Assembly: GCA_041674765.1 (NCBI GenBank)
Contig: JBAYVE010000001.1
Span: 70,177-134,176, forward strand
Reading direction: 5' to 3'
DNA: 64,000 nucleotides
DNA from: Patescibacteria group bacterium
GTDB taxonomy: Bacteria; Patescibacteriota; UBA1384; XYA2-FULL-43-10; 1-14-0-10-43-13
Both the position numbers and the translations under genes were made by a program. Position 1 is the first letter of the stretch. The number at the start of each line of letters is the position of its first letter. The notes under the pieces are model-generated. The model worked only from the letters and a program-made list of their open reading frames with translations, was not told where the DNA came from and searched no databases. Of this stretch, positions 40,490 to 51,050 are shown piece after piece.

Positions 40490-42379
40490 ATGAAAATCAA
40501 AATTAGTCTAAAATCGATCAATAAACTTAAAGCAGGCGATAAAAGAGCGCTTAAATTAGTAATTCTTTGCTTGGCCGCAATCTTCTGTCTGGCCTTAGTT
40601 TCATTTGGGATTTACTCCCTATCATATTCCAACAAAGTCTATGCCCGCCAATACATCGGTGAAACCTCCTTCGGTGGCAAATCAAAGGCAGAGTCTAGAA
40701 TAATGATTGAAGAGAAAATCGCTGATTTTTCGAAACGGCCGATTGTTCTTGTAAACGTGGAGGACGGCCAGAAATTCGAGATTAATCCGACAGAGATAGG
40801 CTTAAATTATAATCTGGATGCAACCCTCGATTTGGTTTGGGGGCAGGGTCGGGGTCATATTTGGCCAGCTTTTTTGGAACAGCTTCAATCGATCTTTAAA
40901 AAGACTGATCACTCTGCTGTATTCGCCCCGAATAATGAGAGTGCCGTCGCCAAGATCAAGTCGATTGCTGAACAGATTGATCATCCGGAAAAAGATTTTA
41001 AACTTGTGTATAGAGAGGGAGAATTCATCTTAGATAGTGATCGGAGTGAAGGCAAGCGCGTGGATCAGACAAAGATCATCTCACTTTTAAAGCAATCAAT
41101 CGAGAAGTTCGATAACAAAGAAATTGAATTTAAACCCGAGGCTTATAGTCCGTCAATTAGCGAGGAGAAGGCTAAAATTGCTTTGGCGAATGCAAATAAA
41201 ATTGTGGAGGTGGGGGATTTAGTACTGAAGCTCGACAATCAAAATCATATTTTGGACAGGGACTCGATCGGCGGGGTGATCAAGTCTCAAGGAGAAGAAG
41301 ACGACCTTAAAATAGTTTTTGATGAGATGCGAATGAAAAAATTCGTCGAGACTTTGGCAAGGGGAATTGATGTTGAGCCAAATAATGCCAAGCTCACTGT
41401 CAAAGATGGCAAGGTTGTCGTTTTTCAAATTTCGAGAGCAGGTAAAGTTTTGCTTCAAAAACAGGTTATTGCTGACATTCAGACCGCTTTATTAGCAAGA
41501 ATTAGTTCCGAGGAAAACTTGCCGGTCAATTTGGCAGTCGATACCAAAAAACCTGAAGTTTCGGATAGCGATATCGAAACATATGGAATCAAAGAACTAG
41601 TTGGGACAGCCACCACCGATTTCAAAGGATCAACCACGAGTCGTATCCATAATCTCACTATCGGCACAAATGCAATCACTGGCGTGATCTTGAAACCGGG
41701 TGAGACTTTTTCGACTCTGGCCCACCTTGGAGAGATCGATGCCTCTTCGGGATATCTTCAGGAACTTGTGATCAAAAATGACCAGACTGTTCCTGATTAT
41801 GGCGGTGGCTTGTGTCAGGTTTCATCGACACTTTTTCGAACGGCGCTGAACGCCGGTATGAAAATAACTGAGAGGCAGAATCACTCTTATAGAGTCAGCT
41901 ATTACGAGCCGCCAGTCGGTATGGATGCAACAATTTACGATCCTTCGCCTGACTTTAAATTTGTAAATAATTATGCAACCTATATTTTGATCCAATCGAA
42001 AATCGAGGGGACAAAACTAACCTTTGATTTCTATGGCACCAAGGACGGTCGGCAGGTCAGTGTTTCAACTCCGGAAGTCAAAGATTTTGTCGATCCTCCC
42101 GCTCCGGTCATGGTTGATAGTGATACTTTGCCTACCGGACAGAAAAAGCAGTTACAAAAAGCTCACCAAGGTGCAACAGCTAACTTTGAATACAAAGCGG
42201 TCGCACTCGATGGCACTATTTTGCAGCAGCGAGTTTTTACCTCGAAATATAATGCTATTCCGGAAAAGTGGCTGGTTGGTACAGGCTCTGCCCCGGCGTC
42301 TACCTGTAGCGATGGTACCCAAAATGGAGATGAGACAGGTATCGACTGCGGCGGTAGCTGTCCAAATCAGTGTCAGTAA
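40490..42379 (+). CDS. VanW family protein with PG-binding_4 repeats and a C-terminal Cys-rich motif
   Basis: N-terminal TM helix; RIHNL, GGGLCQVSSTLFR, ERQNHS..VSYY and G.DATIY.P.PDFKF.N motifs. Confidence 0.85.
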   Translation: MKIKISLKSINKLKAGDKRALKLVILCLAAIFCLALVSFGIYSLSYSNKVYARQYIGETSFGGKSKAESRIMIEEKIADFSKRPIVLVNVEDGQKFEINPTEIGLNYNLDATLDLVWGQGRGHIWPAFLEQLQSIFKKTDHSAVFAPNNESAVAKIKSIAEQIDHPEKDFKLVYREGEFILDSDRSEGKRVDQTKIISLLKQSIEKFDNKEIEFKPEAYSPSISEEKAKIALANANKIVEVGDLVLKLDNQNHILDRDSIGGVIKSQGEEDDLKIVFDEMRMKKFVETLARGIDVEPNNAKLTVKDGKVVVFQISRAGKVLLQKQVIADIQTALLARISSEENLPVNLAVDTKKPEVSDSDIETYGIKELVGTATTDFKGSTTSRIHNLTIGTNAITGVILKPGETFSTLAHLGEIDASSGYLQELVIKNDQTVPDYGGGLCQVSSTLFRTALNAGMKITERQNHSYRVSYYEPPVGMDATIYDPSPDFKFVNNYATYILIQSKIEGTKLTFDFYGTKDGRQVSVSTPEVKDFVDPPAPVMVDSDTLPTGQKKQLQKAHQGATANFEYKAVALDGTILQQRVFTSKYNAIPEKWLVGTGSAPASTCSDGTQNGDETGIDCGGSCPNQCQ

Positions 42380-42397
42380 TGATATAATATTTTTACT

Positions 42398-43363
42398 ATG
42401 ATAAAACGAGGGGTGAAAAAAGGTAAATTCCTAGCAGGTCTTACTCGGAGAATGTTTCTTTCAATTCTTATCTTTTTTTTGTTGTTTGTTTCCGGTCTGA
42501 CTATTAAAATAATATTTTTGAACGTATCCGCAAGCGTAGTATTCGCTCCTAAGCTAGGCGAGTGGAAATATAGCGCACCTTTTTACAAGAATAAATCGTG
42601 TACAATTCAACCGGAGGCATTTGAAACTACTCCTAATGATCCCAAAACAGCTGATGACTATATCAGAGCTAATTCTTCTAAATATATTTCCATAACAAAG
42701 ACCAAAGTGGGCGATCAGAGCGGTATATTGGGCCTAAGAAATAAAAATACCACTTTTGTTAATATCTTTAGTATTCAAGGTAAAAGCTTTGAATCCCGTT
42801 ACTACTTACTTTGTGATAGTAGTACAGAGTATGGCGTGGCACATAATGAACTTATGGGCTTTATCAAAAATTCTAAGTTGCCTACTCTCAAGGCAATGGC
42901 AGAGAATGTTTATTCTAGTAGTTATGGGACAACAGCTCCTGCTTCTACTTCAGCAGGGACTACTCCGACAGCTACCTCCGCCACTCCGGCATCATCGCCA
43001 GCCGCAACAACTGGTACAAGCGGTTCATCGAGTAGCAAAGCCTCAGATTGGACAAACGGTGCGCTGGACGCTATACCCGCCGGCAACGGAGCAACCAGTA
43101 TCGGTGTGGCGATTCCCAATACAAAGCAGCCGGCAAATGGCATGTATCAGTTCAAGGATTATGTCAGTGCAATCTATGAATTTTCACTTAAGCTTGGCGC
43201 CGTATTAGCCGTCTTGATGATTGTTTATGCAGGATACAAATATATTAACTCTGCTGGTGACACCACTAAACTTGGAGAAGCCAAGGAGGTCTTAACTGGT
43301 GCTATCTCTGGCTTCGCTATTTTATTGATAATCGGACTCCTTCTTAGATATCTAGTTGGATGA
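42398..43363 (+). CDS. CPR-type pilin-like protein (C-terminal TrbC/VirB2-like hairpin)
   Basis: C-terminal LAVLMIVYAGYKYINSAGD..K..EAK..LTGAISGFAILL, preceded by a Ser/Thr/Ala linker. Confidence 0.7.
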   Translation: MIKRGVKKGKFLAGLTRRMFLSILIFFLLFVSGLTIKIIFLNVSASVVFAPKLGEWKYSAPFYKNKSCTIQPEAFETTPNDPKTADDYIRANSSKYISITKTKVGDQSGILGLRNKNTTFVNIFSIQGKSFESRYYLLCDSSTEYGVAHNELMGFIKNSKLPTLKAMAENVYSSSYGTTAPASTSAGTTPTATSATPASSPAATTGTSGSSSSKASDWTNGALDAIPAGNGATSIGVAIPNTKQPANGMYQFKDYVSAIYEFSLKLGAVLAVLMIVYAGYKYINSAGDTTKLGEAKEVLTGAISGFAILLIIGLLLRYLVG

Positions 43364-43383
43364 GAAAAAATTGAAGATGATAT

Positions 43384-43415
43384 AAAATACGGACCATTTA
43401 TTGGTCCGTATTTTT
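43384..43415. terminator. Bidirectional terminator between the pilin gene and pyrG
   Basis: AAAATACGGACCA-tttat-TGGTCCGTATTTT. Confidence 0.75.
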
Positions 43416-43442
43416 GAAACTGTTTTTTATTTCATTAATTGA

Positions 43443-45107
43443 TTATTCTCCAGCAGCTTTGATGAATGCCATGAAAAGAGGATGAGGGCGCTCAGGACGG
43501 GAGAGAAATTCTGGATGAAATTGAACTCCTGCGAAGAAAGGGTGGTCTTTTGCTTCTATGATCTCAACTAAATTGCGGTCGGGATTAATGCCGGAAAGCC
43601 GGAGTCCTGCTTCCTCCAATTGAATTTTATAATTATTGTTGAATTCATAACGATGACGATGACGTTCGTAGATGGTAACTGATTGTTTATCACTTTTTGC
43701 GAGCAGCTCCTTTGGCCAGTAAGCCCTATATGCGTCATAAGAAATTGATCCTTTTTGTAATTTACAAGCGTATTCACCGAGACGCATTGAACCGCCGAAA
43801 TCTTTTCTTTTTAGTTTCTCTTTTTGCTCAGCCATAATATGAATAACAGGGTTCACTGCATGAGGGTCGATTTCCTCAGTGTTTGCGTCTTTTATTCCAC
43901 AAACGTTCCTAGCAAACTCAATGGTTGCAATCTGCATACCATAGCAAAGGCCGAAATAGGGAATTTTATGTTCCCGGCAATATTTAGCAACAGCGATTTT
44001 TCCTTCAATTCCGCGAGAGCCAAAACCTCCCGGAACGATGACTCCATCGAGAGTATCCAGCTCTTTCAATTTTTTCGGGCTAATTTCATATTCAGTCGAG
44101 GAAAGCCAAACCAACTCTGGCTTGAAACCCTGGGTCCAAGCGGCATGTTTTACAGCTTCAATGACTGAAATATATGAGTCTGATAGAACATAATTGCCGG
44201 TTTCAAAGTATTTACCGATGATGCCGATCCTTATCGGTTTGTCAGCGTTTTTTGATTTATCGACAAATTTGCGCCAATTTACAAGATCTTTCTGTCGAGG
44301 CTTTAGGTGTAACTTTTTCAGAACTTTCTCCCCCAATTTTTCGTCTTCGAATCGGACAGGAATATCATAAATTGAGTCAACATCCGGCGCCGAAATAGCG
44401 TTTGCCGGTTCTATCGAACAGAGCATGGCGAGCTTCTCCCGGCGTTTGTTATCGATCGGATGCTCGCTTCTGCAAAGAATAAAATCGGCCTGAATCCCGC
44501 TCGAATTTAATGTTCTAGACGCATATTGAGTAGGTTTGGTCTTCATCTCCCCGATCTTCGAGGGTATAGGAAGGTATGATACCAGGACGAATATAACATC
44601 TTTGGGGTACTTTAACTTCATCATTCGAGCTGCTTCAAGAAAGAGGATATTCTGATATTCGCCGACAGTTCCGCCGATCTCGAAGAGAGTGATTTCTGCG
44701 CCGGTTTGTTTGGTTGCGGCCATTATCCGGCGAATTATTTCATTTGGGATATCTGGTACAACTTCGACGTTCTTGCCGCCGTATTCCAGATTTCTCTCCT
44801 TCGTGATAACGGTCTGGTAGATCCGACCCGTGGTCATATAATTCATTTTTGTCAGGTCTTCATTTAGAAATCGCTCGTAGTTGCCGAGGTCCTGATCCGT
44901 CTCGTCGCCGTCTTTTGTTACAAATACCTCGCCATGCTCGGTCGGATTCATGGTGCCAGCATCAATATTGATATAAGGGTCGGCCTTAAGAGCTGTGACT
45001 TTGAATCCTTTTGACTTCAAAATAGCACCGATCGAAGCTGCCGCTACGCCTTTGCCTACGCCCGACATTACACCGCCGACAACGAAAATGAATTTATTGC
45101 GTGCCAT
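43443..45107 (-). CDS. pyrG: CTP synthase
   Basis: GGVMSGVGKG, DPYINIDAGTMNP.EHGEVF, GGTVGE, KTKPTQ, GLCYGMQ, ERHRHRYE and QFHPEF motifs. Confidence 0.97.
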   Translation of the reverse strand: MARNKFIFVVGGVMSGVGKGVAAASIGAILKSKGFKVTALKADPYINIDAGTMNPTEHGEVFVTKDGDETDQDLGNYERFLNEDLTKMNYMTTGRIYQTVITKERNLEYGGKNVEVVPDIPNEIIRRIMAATKQTGAEITLFEIGGTVGEYQNILFLEAARMMKLKYPKDVIFVLVSYLPIPSKIGEMKTKPTQYASRTLNSSGIQADFILCRSEHPIDNKRREKLAMLCSIEPANAISAPDVDSIYDIPVRFEDEKLGEKVLKKLHLKPRQKDLVNWRKFVDKSKNADKPIRIGIIGKYFETGNYVLSDSYISVIEAVKHAAWTQGFKPELVWLSSTEYEISPKKLKELDTLDGVIVPGGFGSRGIEGKIAVAKYCREHKIPYFGLCYGMQIATIEFARNVCGIKDANTEEIDPHAVNPVIHIMAEQKEKLKRKDFGGSMRLGEYACKLQKGSISYDAYRAYWPKELLAKSDKQSVTIYERHRHRYEFNNNYKIQLEEAGLRLSGINPDRNLVEIIEAKDHPFFAGVQFHPEFLSRPERPHPLFMAFIKAAGE

Positions 45108-45296
45108 CTCCCAAACCCTCCAAAATATAAATGTATAGCTATTTTCTGCTCATTACAAACGAAAAAACTCCGTGAGACCTATTTTTATTGGGAGTTTTTT
45201 TTGAGATTCTATATTTTTGTTTTACTAAGTATAAATGAAGAAACAATATCTTGGCAAGTTGTTGATAACCAAGCGATCTTCCAATATATTAAGGGT

Positions 45297-45938
45297 ATGG
45301 ATTCGATAAATAGAAAATTAATCAGGAAAACCCAAAAATTTGCCTACCTTTTGCAATTGTTGCCTTTTATTCGTCTGGTTATACTAAACGGATCTCTCGC
45401 CCAGCTGGAGGCACGGGAAGGTTCTGATATTGATCTTTTGATCATTGCAAAGCACGGTCGTATTTTCACGGTCCGCTTTCTTGTGAATTTATTCGGGATT
45501 GTCAGTCTGCAAAAGAGGCCTAGGGACGAAAATAAAAATCACTTTGGCAAATTTTGTTTCAACTATTTTATGAGCGATTCATTCCTCAAAATCGGCGTTG
45601 CTCCCGGTCGTGCAGAATATTGCCGTCAGAATTATAGTAAGAGTATTCGAGTTTTCGGTGACAAAAAATTGTTTGATCGTTTTTTGAGGGAAAACAAACT
45701 GCCAGGGGCGGGAGATAAAAAGTTAAAGGGTATATTTCCAGTTCAAGTAAATATTCTTTTCCGATGGAAGGGCCACCTGTTAGAATTTCTGTTATCCGGT
45801 TTGATTGGTGACAAGGTAGAAGAAACGCTCAGAAGAATTCAAGTTGCCAAAATTATGGCTGATCCTATCACAAATAAATATAAAGAATACATCGTCTATA
45901 ACGAAAATGAACTCAGATTTCATCCGCCAAAATTTTAG
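45297..45938 (+). CDS. Nucleotidyltransferase-domain protein (CPR type)
   Basis: LNGSLA...GSDIDLLII, GRIFTVR and KFCFN motifs. ATG at 45297 is preferred. Confidence 0.7.
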   Translation: MDSINRKLIRKTQKFAYLLQLLPFIRLVILNGSLAQLEAREGSDIDLLIIAKHGRIFTVRFLVNLFGIVSLQKRPRDENKNHFGKFCFNYFMSDSFLKIGVAPGRAEYCRQNYSKSIRVFGDKKLFDRFLRENKLPGAGDKKLKGIFPVQVNILFRWKGHLLEFLLSGLIGDKVEETLRRIQVAKIMADPITNKYKEYIVYNENELRFHPPKF

Positions 45939-45992
45939 AATTGAAGGTTCCTACAAAAACCACTTTAAATAAGTTGACACAGATGGTAGTTT

Positions 45993-46274
45993 ATGTCGAA
46001 TAAAGTCTCAAGACGAGACAACTTTTTTTGGGGGTGGCAAGCGATGAATAACGGTGAGTTGGTGTGGGGCGATCACGAAATGGGGTACCAGCTTCAGTTC
46101 ATTGTGACAGAAGAGGGCGGAAGAAAACTTCTCAAGCCGACTGGCAGAATCCGCTGTCAGCACAACGGGAACGTTTATAACGCCTTAACTGGCCAATATG
46201 AATCCGACCGCCCTGACGTACAGCGTACGTCGGGGCTCTTTTTGTGCTTGACTTTGGCCTTGGTTTTGGGCTAG
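45993..46274 (+). CDS. Hypothetical small protein (GC-richer); start and end uncertain
   Basis: ORF only. A possible SD precedes ATG 46043. A terminator-like hairpin overlaps its 3' part. Confidence 0.3.
   Translation: MSNKVSRRDNFFWGWQAMNNGELVWGDHEMGYQLQFIVTEEGGRKLLKPTGRIRCQHNGNVYNALTGQYESDRPDVQRTSGLFLCLTLALVLG
46210..46243 (+). terminator. Intrinsic terminator
   Basis: GCCCTGACGTAC-agc-GTACGTCGGGGC followed by TCTTTTT. Confidence 0.65.
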
Positions 46275-46415
46275 AATGTATTGGTGGCGATGCTGGTTCC
46301 CCCTTACAGTGTCGCCATATTTTTATTTAATACGAATAACGAATTTACAATTATTATCAAAAGCCGATAGGTGACAAATTTGTAAATATTTTCTTTGTTA
46401 TTGGTTTGAAATCTA

Positions 46416-46444
46416 TTGACAAAATGTAAAGTAGACTTTACAAT
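46416..46444 (+). promoter_or_regulatory. Sigma70 promoter of groESL
   Basis: TTGACA-17 nt-TACAAT. No CIRCE element seen. Confidence 0.75.
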
Positions 46445-46458
46445 TCCTAATAGATTAA

Positions 46459-46535
46459 CGCTAAATGCTAAAAGAAACGAAATAACTAAAATCGTGAATC
46501 TTTCGTTGTTTAGTTTCTTTTCGTTTTTAGCATTT
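46459..46535. repeat. Inverted ~9-nt-period array in the groES leader
   Basis: aaatgctaaaagaaacgaaataactaaa ... tttagtttcttttcgtttttagcattt. Confidence 0.65.
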
Positions 46536-46550
46536 ATGAAAGGAGTTATT

Positions 46551-46829
46551 ATGTTTCAGCCACTCGGAGATCGAGTATTGGTCAAGCCGCTTCCAGCAGA
46601 GGAAGTCAGATCTTCCGGTATTGTCATTCCGGACACAGCCAAGGAAAAACCCTCAGAGGGAAAAGTCGTAGCCTTGGGTGATGGTAATGTTGGGAAAGAA
46701 AAGAAGCATCTTTTTTCTGTCAAAGTTGGGGACAAAGTTCTCTATGATTCATGGGCAAAGGAGATCAAAGTTGACAGTCAAGAGTATAGGATCATGAAGG
46801 AAGAAGACATTCTAGGAATCTTGAAATAG
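46551..46829 (+). CDS. groES: Co-chaperonin GroES
   Basis: PLGDRVLVK, SGIVIPDTAKEKP, VKVGDKVL and EEDILGI motifs. GAAAGGAG SD before ATG 46551. Confidence 0.95.
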   Translation: MFQPLGDRVLVKPLPAEEVRSSGIVIPDTAKEKPSEGKVVALGDGNVGKEKKHLFSVKVGDKVLYDSWAKEIKVDSQEYRIMKEEDILGILK

Positions 46830-46837
46830 ATTAAGTG

Positions 46838-46906
46838 GTTTATAAAGTAACAAGTTTTTTAAAGTTCATAAAGAATACTTGATAAACTTTTGACTTTAGA
46901 AACTTT
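46838..46906. repeat. Inverted 9-nt array (AAAGTTTAT family) between groES and groEL
   Basis: gtttataaagt..ttttttaaagttcataaag / acttgataaacttttgactttagaaacttt. Confidence 0.75.
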
Positions 46907-46908
46907 AA

Positions 46909-48567
<1,659 letters not shown>

Positions 48568-48571
48568 ACAT

Positions 48572-48613
48572 CAAACAAAAAAGAGGCCAAATAACCGGCC
48601 TCTTTTTTGTTTG
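48572..48613. terminator. Bidirectional terminator after groEL
   Basis: CAAACAAAAAAGAGGCC ... GGCCTCTTTTTTGTTTG. Confidence 0.8.
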
Positions 48614-48667
48614 GGAATTTCTAATTTCTTATTACCATGATTTTTAGATTGATTAGTAATCGTTTAT

Positions 48668-49189
48668 CTAACCTGCTGCTATCTCTACTGCCGGTGCTTC
48701 AGTTTTAATTTTAGTCAAGTTATCCCTGACAATTATTTTTTTGCCATTTATCTCAACTATTTTTGAAATCGGTATAATTCTTTCTTTTAGCAAACTTTTA
48801 ACATAAATTTTGGTCCAGGCCAGAGTCTGACTTTCTATTAGGTAATCGGATACAGTGCCGATTGGATTGCCGTTTTCCGTTATCACTTTCTGGCCGACCC
48901 CAAAATTTTTATCCTCAATCAGCCTTTTGATTCTCGGCAAGTCGTCTATCTCTTCGATACTCCTGCTATCTTTGATTAGCACTCCGTCCTTTAGAATGTG
49001 AACAATCTCAACAAAAGGAATTATTTTGTAACGAGTGCTAAAAAACCCCGAACGTTTAATAGCTATTGCTGCTATTTTGAGCTCATCAGGGCTTATAATG
49101 ATATCCTCGACAAATCCGATCCGAGATTGATCTGATAGTTCAAAGATAGGGAAGCCAATTATTTTTGAGTAAGTTAGTAACATATTCAA
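48668..49189 (-). CDS. Tandem PRC-barrel domain protein
   Basis: IGFVEDIIISP and VITENGNPIGTVSDY repeats. Confidence 0.75.
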   Translation of the reverse strand: MNMLLTYSKIIGFPIFELSDQSRIGFVEDIIISPDELKIAAIAIKRSGFFSTRYKIIPFVEIVHILKDGVLIKDSRSIEEIDDLPRIKRLIEDKNFGVGQKVITENGNPIGTVSDYLIESQTLAWTKIYVKSLLKERIIPISKIVEINGKKIIVRDNLTKIKTEAPAVEIAAG

Positions 49190-49309
49190 ATAATAACTAA
49201 AAGAAGGTAAAGAATAAACAGCTAAAACTTTAAAAAAGATAAAGCATAATGTCTATACTCTAAAAATGGTTCACAGACTTATCCGAAAATCTCTGGCTTT
49301 ATCGGTTGA

Positions 49310-49867
49310 CTACGCTCTTTCTACGTAGCTTCCAACACGAATATCGACAACAATGAAGTCGTCTTCCTTAATAAACACCGGTGCGTCAACGACAGCGCCA
49401 GTTTCCAAGGTTACTTTCTTGGTAACAGCGCTGGCGGTATTGCCCTTAATTGCCGGAGGAGCAGAGGTAACTTTAAATTTCATTTTGATTGGCAGTTCGA
49501 TATTCAGAGGATCGCTTCCATAGTAGAGAATATCAACATTTGAATTTTCAACAAGCCATTGCTTTTGATCACCAATTTTTGATAAAGGCAGAGTAAACTG
49601 ATCATATGTCTCGTTGTCCATAAAAAAGGCATCTTTCTCGTCGGAATAGAGATATACAGCGCTTTTCTTGCTTAGATCTGCTTCACCTACTTTATCAGCC
49701 CCTTGGAACGTTTTATCAATTGTGGAACCTGTCCGGAGGTTCTTAATCTTGGTTTTGACGACAGCACCGCCCCGTCCCATTTTTGAATGAGAATAGGAGA
49801 CAACCATATACGGATCGCCTTCCATAGTAAATTTAGTACCGGTTTTTAGATCAGTAATCGAAAGCAC
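49310..49867 (-). CDS. efp: Elongation factor P
   Basis: KMGRGGAVVKTKIKNL, YLYSD, FMDNETYDQ, KGNTA and LETGAVV.AP.FI motifs. Confidence 0.95.
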   Translation of the reverse strand: MLSITDLKTGTKFTMEGDPYMVVSYSHSKMGRGGAVVKTKIKNLRTGSTIDKTFQGADKVGEADLSKKSAVYLYSDEKDAFFMDNETYDQFTLPLSKIGDQKQWLVENSNVDILYYGSDPLNIELPIKMKFKVTSAPPAIKGNTASAVTKKVTLETGAVVDAPVFIKEDDFIVVDIRVGSYVERA

Positions 49868-49882
49868 TCAGTCTCCTTTCCA

Positions 49883-49952
49883 CGCTAATGGCTAATAAGT
49901 CTAATTAAGCTTATACCTTTAATTGGTATAATTAGCCCTTTTCACTATTGGC
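49883..49952. repeat. Inverted GCTAAT/ATTAGC array upstream of efp
   Basis: cgctaatggctaataagtctaatt ... aattggtataattagcccttttcactattggc. A near-copy lies at 50189-50277. Confidence 0.75.
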
Positions 49953-49966
49953 TTATGTTGTTTAAC

Positions 49967-50176
49967 TTATCTTACTGTGAAAGGTAATAGCGCCAAAAAT
50001 CTAGCTCGTTTGATAGCAGTCACTGTCTGACGCTGATGTCTTGCACAGTTGTAATTTTTTGATGCTGGTTGGATTTTGTTCCAGCGGTCAAGATAGCGGG
50101 AGAGAGTAGCGACATCTTTATAGTCGACCTCTTCCATCTTGGCTTTGCAAATTAAACATTTATTTCTTTTTGCCAT
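49967..50176 (-). CDS. rpsR: 30S ribosomal protein bS18 (Zn-binding type)
   Basis: CLIC, VDYKDV..L, CARHQR and AIKRARFLALLPF motifs. Confidence 0.95.
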   Translation of the reverse strand: MAKRNKCLICKAKMEEVDYKDVATLSRYLDRWNKIQPASKNYNCARHQRQTVTAIKRARFLALLPFTVR

Positions 50177-50188
50177 AAATTTCCTTAT

Positions 50189-50277
50189 CTAATGCTAATG
50201 GCTAATAGGGCTAATTAAGCTAAAATTATTATTGTTTGAATTCTTATTAGCGTAATTAGTTCTTTTCGCTATTGGCT
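50189..50277. repeat. Inverted GCTAAT/ATTAGC array upstream of rpsR
   Basis: gctaatggctaatagggctaattaagct ... attagcgtaattagttcttttcgctattggc. Confidence 0.75.
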
Positions 50278-50284
50278 TTAATTT

Positions 50285-50363
50285 TTAAAATGGTATGTCT
50301 TCGATATTTATTTTCCCGACGCTTCAGTCGGGATTCCGACATCCTTTTTAGGATCGTCGGAAC
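50285..50363 (-). repeat. Duplicate of the ssb 3' end (INIEDIPF*) plus two palindromes
   Basis: The copy at 50285-50313 differs from the ssb end only synonymously. Hairpins TCCCGAC/GTCGGGA and TTCCGAC..GTCGGAA lie between the copies. Confidence 0.8.
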
Positions 50364-50371
50364 CTAAACAT

Positions 50372-50812
50372 CTAGAACGGAATGTCTTCGATATTTATTT
50401 CATCGTCTTTGCTACTGGAGGCGATATCTGCGACAGGGTTTTCATCTTTTGGTGCAGATGGAGTGTAGCCGCTCTTATCTCTGCTTCCCAAGACGATCAC
50501 ATTGTCAGCGATAATTTCGGTTTTGTATCTTTTAACCCCGTCTTGACCTTCCCAGTTTCTGGTCTGCAATCTTCCTTCGACGAAGGCGGGCGCACCTTTT
50601 TTCAACATGGGAATCACAGCCTCGGCTTGCTTGCCCCAAATGACGATATCATGATATTGAGTATCTTCCCCGTCAGCTGCGCCATCTCGTCCTTTCCATT
50701 TGCGGTTGGTCGCGACCGTAAAGTTCGCAACTGCCTGGCCGTTTGGCGTGAATCTCATCTCTGGATCTTTGGTCAAATTCCCTAATATTTGAGCGCGATT
50801 CAAACTAAGCAT
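50372..50812 (-). CDS. ssb: Single-stranded DNA-binding protein
   Basis: LNRAQILGNLTKDPE, FTVATNR and VEGRLQTRNWE motifs; C-terminal EDIPF. Confidence 0.97.
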   Translation of the reverse strand: MLSLNRAQILGNLTKDPEMRFTPNGQAVANFTVATNRKWKGRDGAADGEDTQYHDIVIWGKQAEAVIPMLKKGAPAFVEGRLQTRNWEGQDGVKRYKTEIIADNVIVLGSRDKSGYTPSAPKDENPVADIASSSKDDEINIEDIPF

Positions 50813-50828
50813 AAATACCTTTCTTCGA

Positions 50829-51049
50829 TCCGCCAGCTGGCGGAAATTTCGAATTTCTAATTACTAATTTCTCATTCGAGTCTGCCTTCGATTCACACTC
50901 AGGCCCTGAGCCTGTCGAATGGGAGCCTGAGGGCTCTTCCCTCAGAGTCGAAGACTAATCAAATCCTAAACTTTCAATGATCAAATGTCAAAATTTATCA
51001 TTTTAATTTTTGGATATTGGTCATTGATTAGTCATTCTTAATTTAGAAA
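50829..51049. repeat. Nested composite: short palindrome, 7-mer array and embedded REP-like hairpins
   Basis: TCCGCCAGCTGGCGGA; aaatttc/gaatttc/taattac repeats; CCTTCGA..CTCAGG-CCCTGAGCCTGTCGAATGG; CTGAGGG..CCCTCAG; then the array resumes with its complementary arm. Confidence 0.75.
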
Positions 51050-51050
51050 C

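Noticed and set aside
45162-45202. pyrG attenuator hairpin (AAAAAACTCC...GGAGTTTTTT)
   Set aside because: A hairpin is plausible, but the GC stem is short, the loop is large, and no promoter or start-site G-run supporting a known mechanism could be identified.
46416-46550. N-terminal extension of GroES in the ORF track
   Set aside because: The TTG is the -35 box. The real start is ATG 46551 with a strong SD.
50285-50374. Stop-codon readthrough joining ssb to its duplicated tail
   Set aside because: The copies are in frame, but the intervening sequence contains further TAA and TGA stops.
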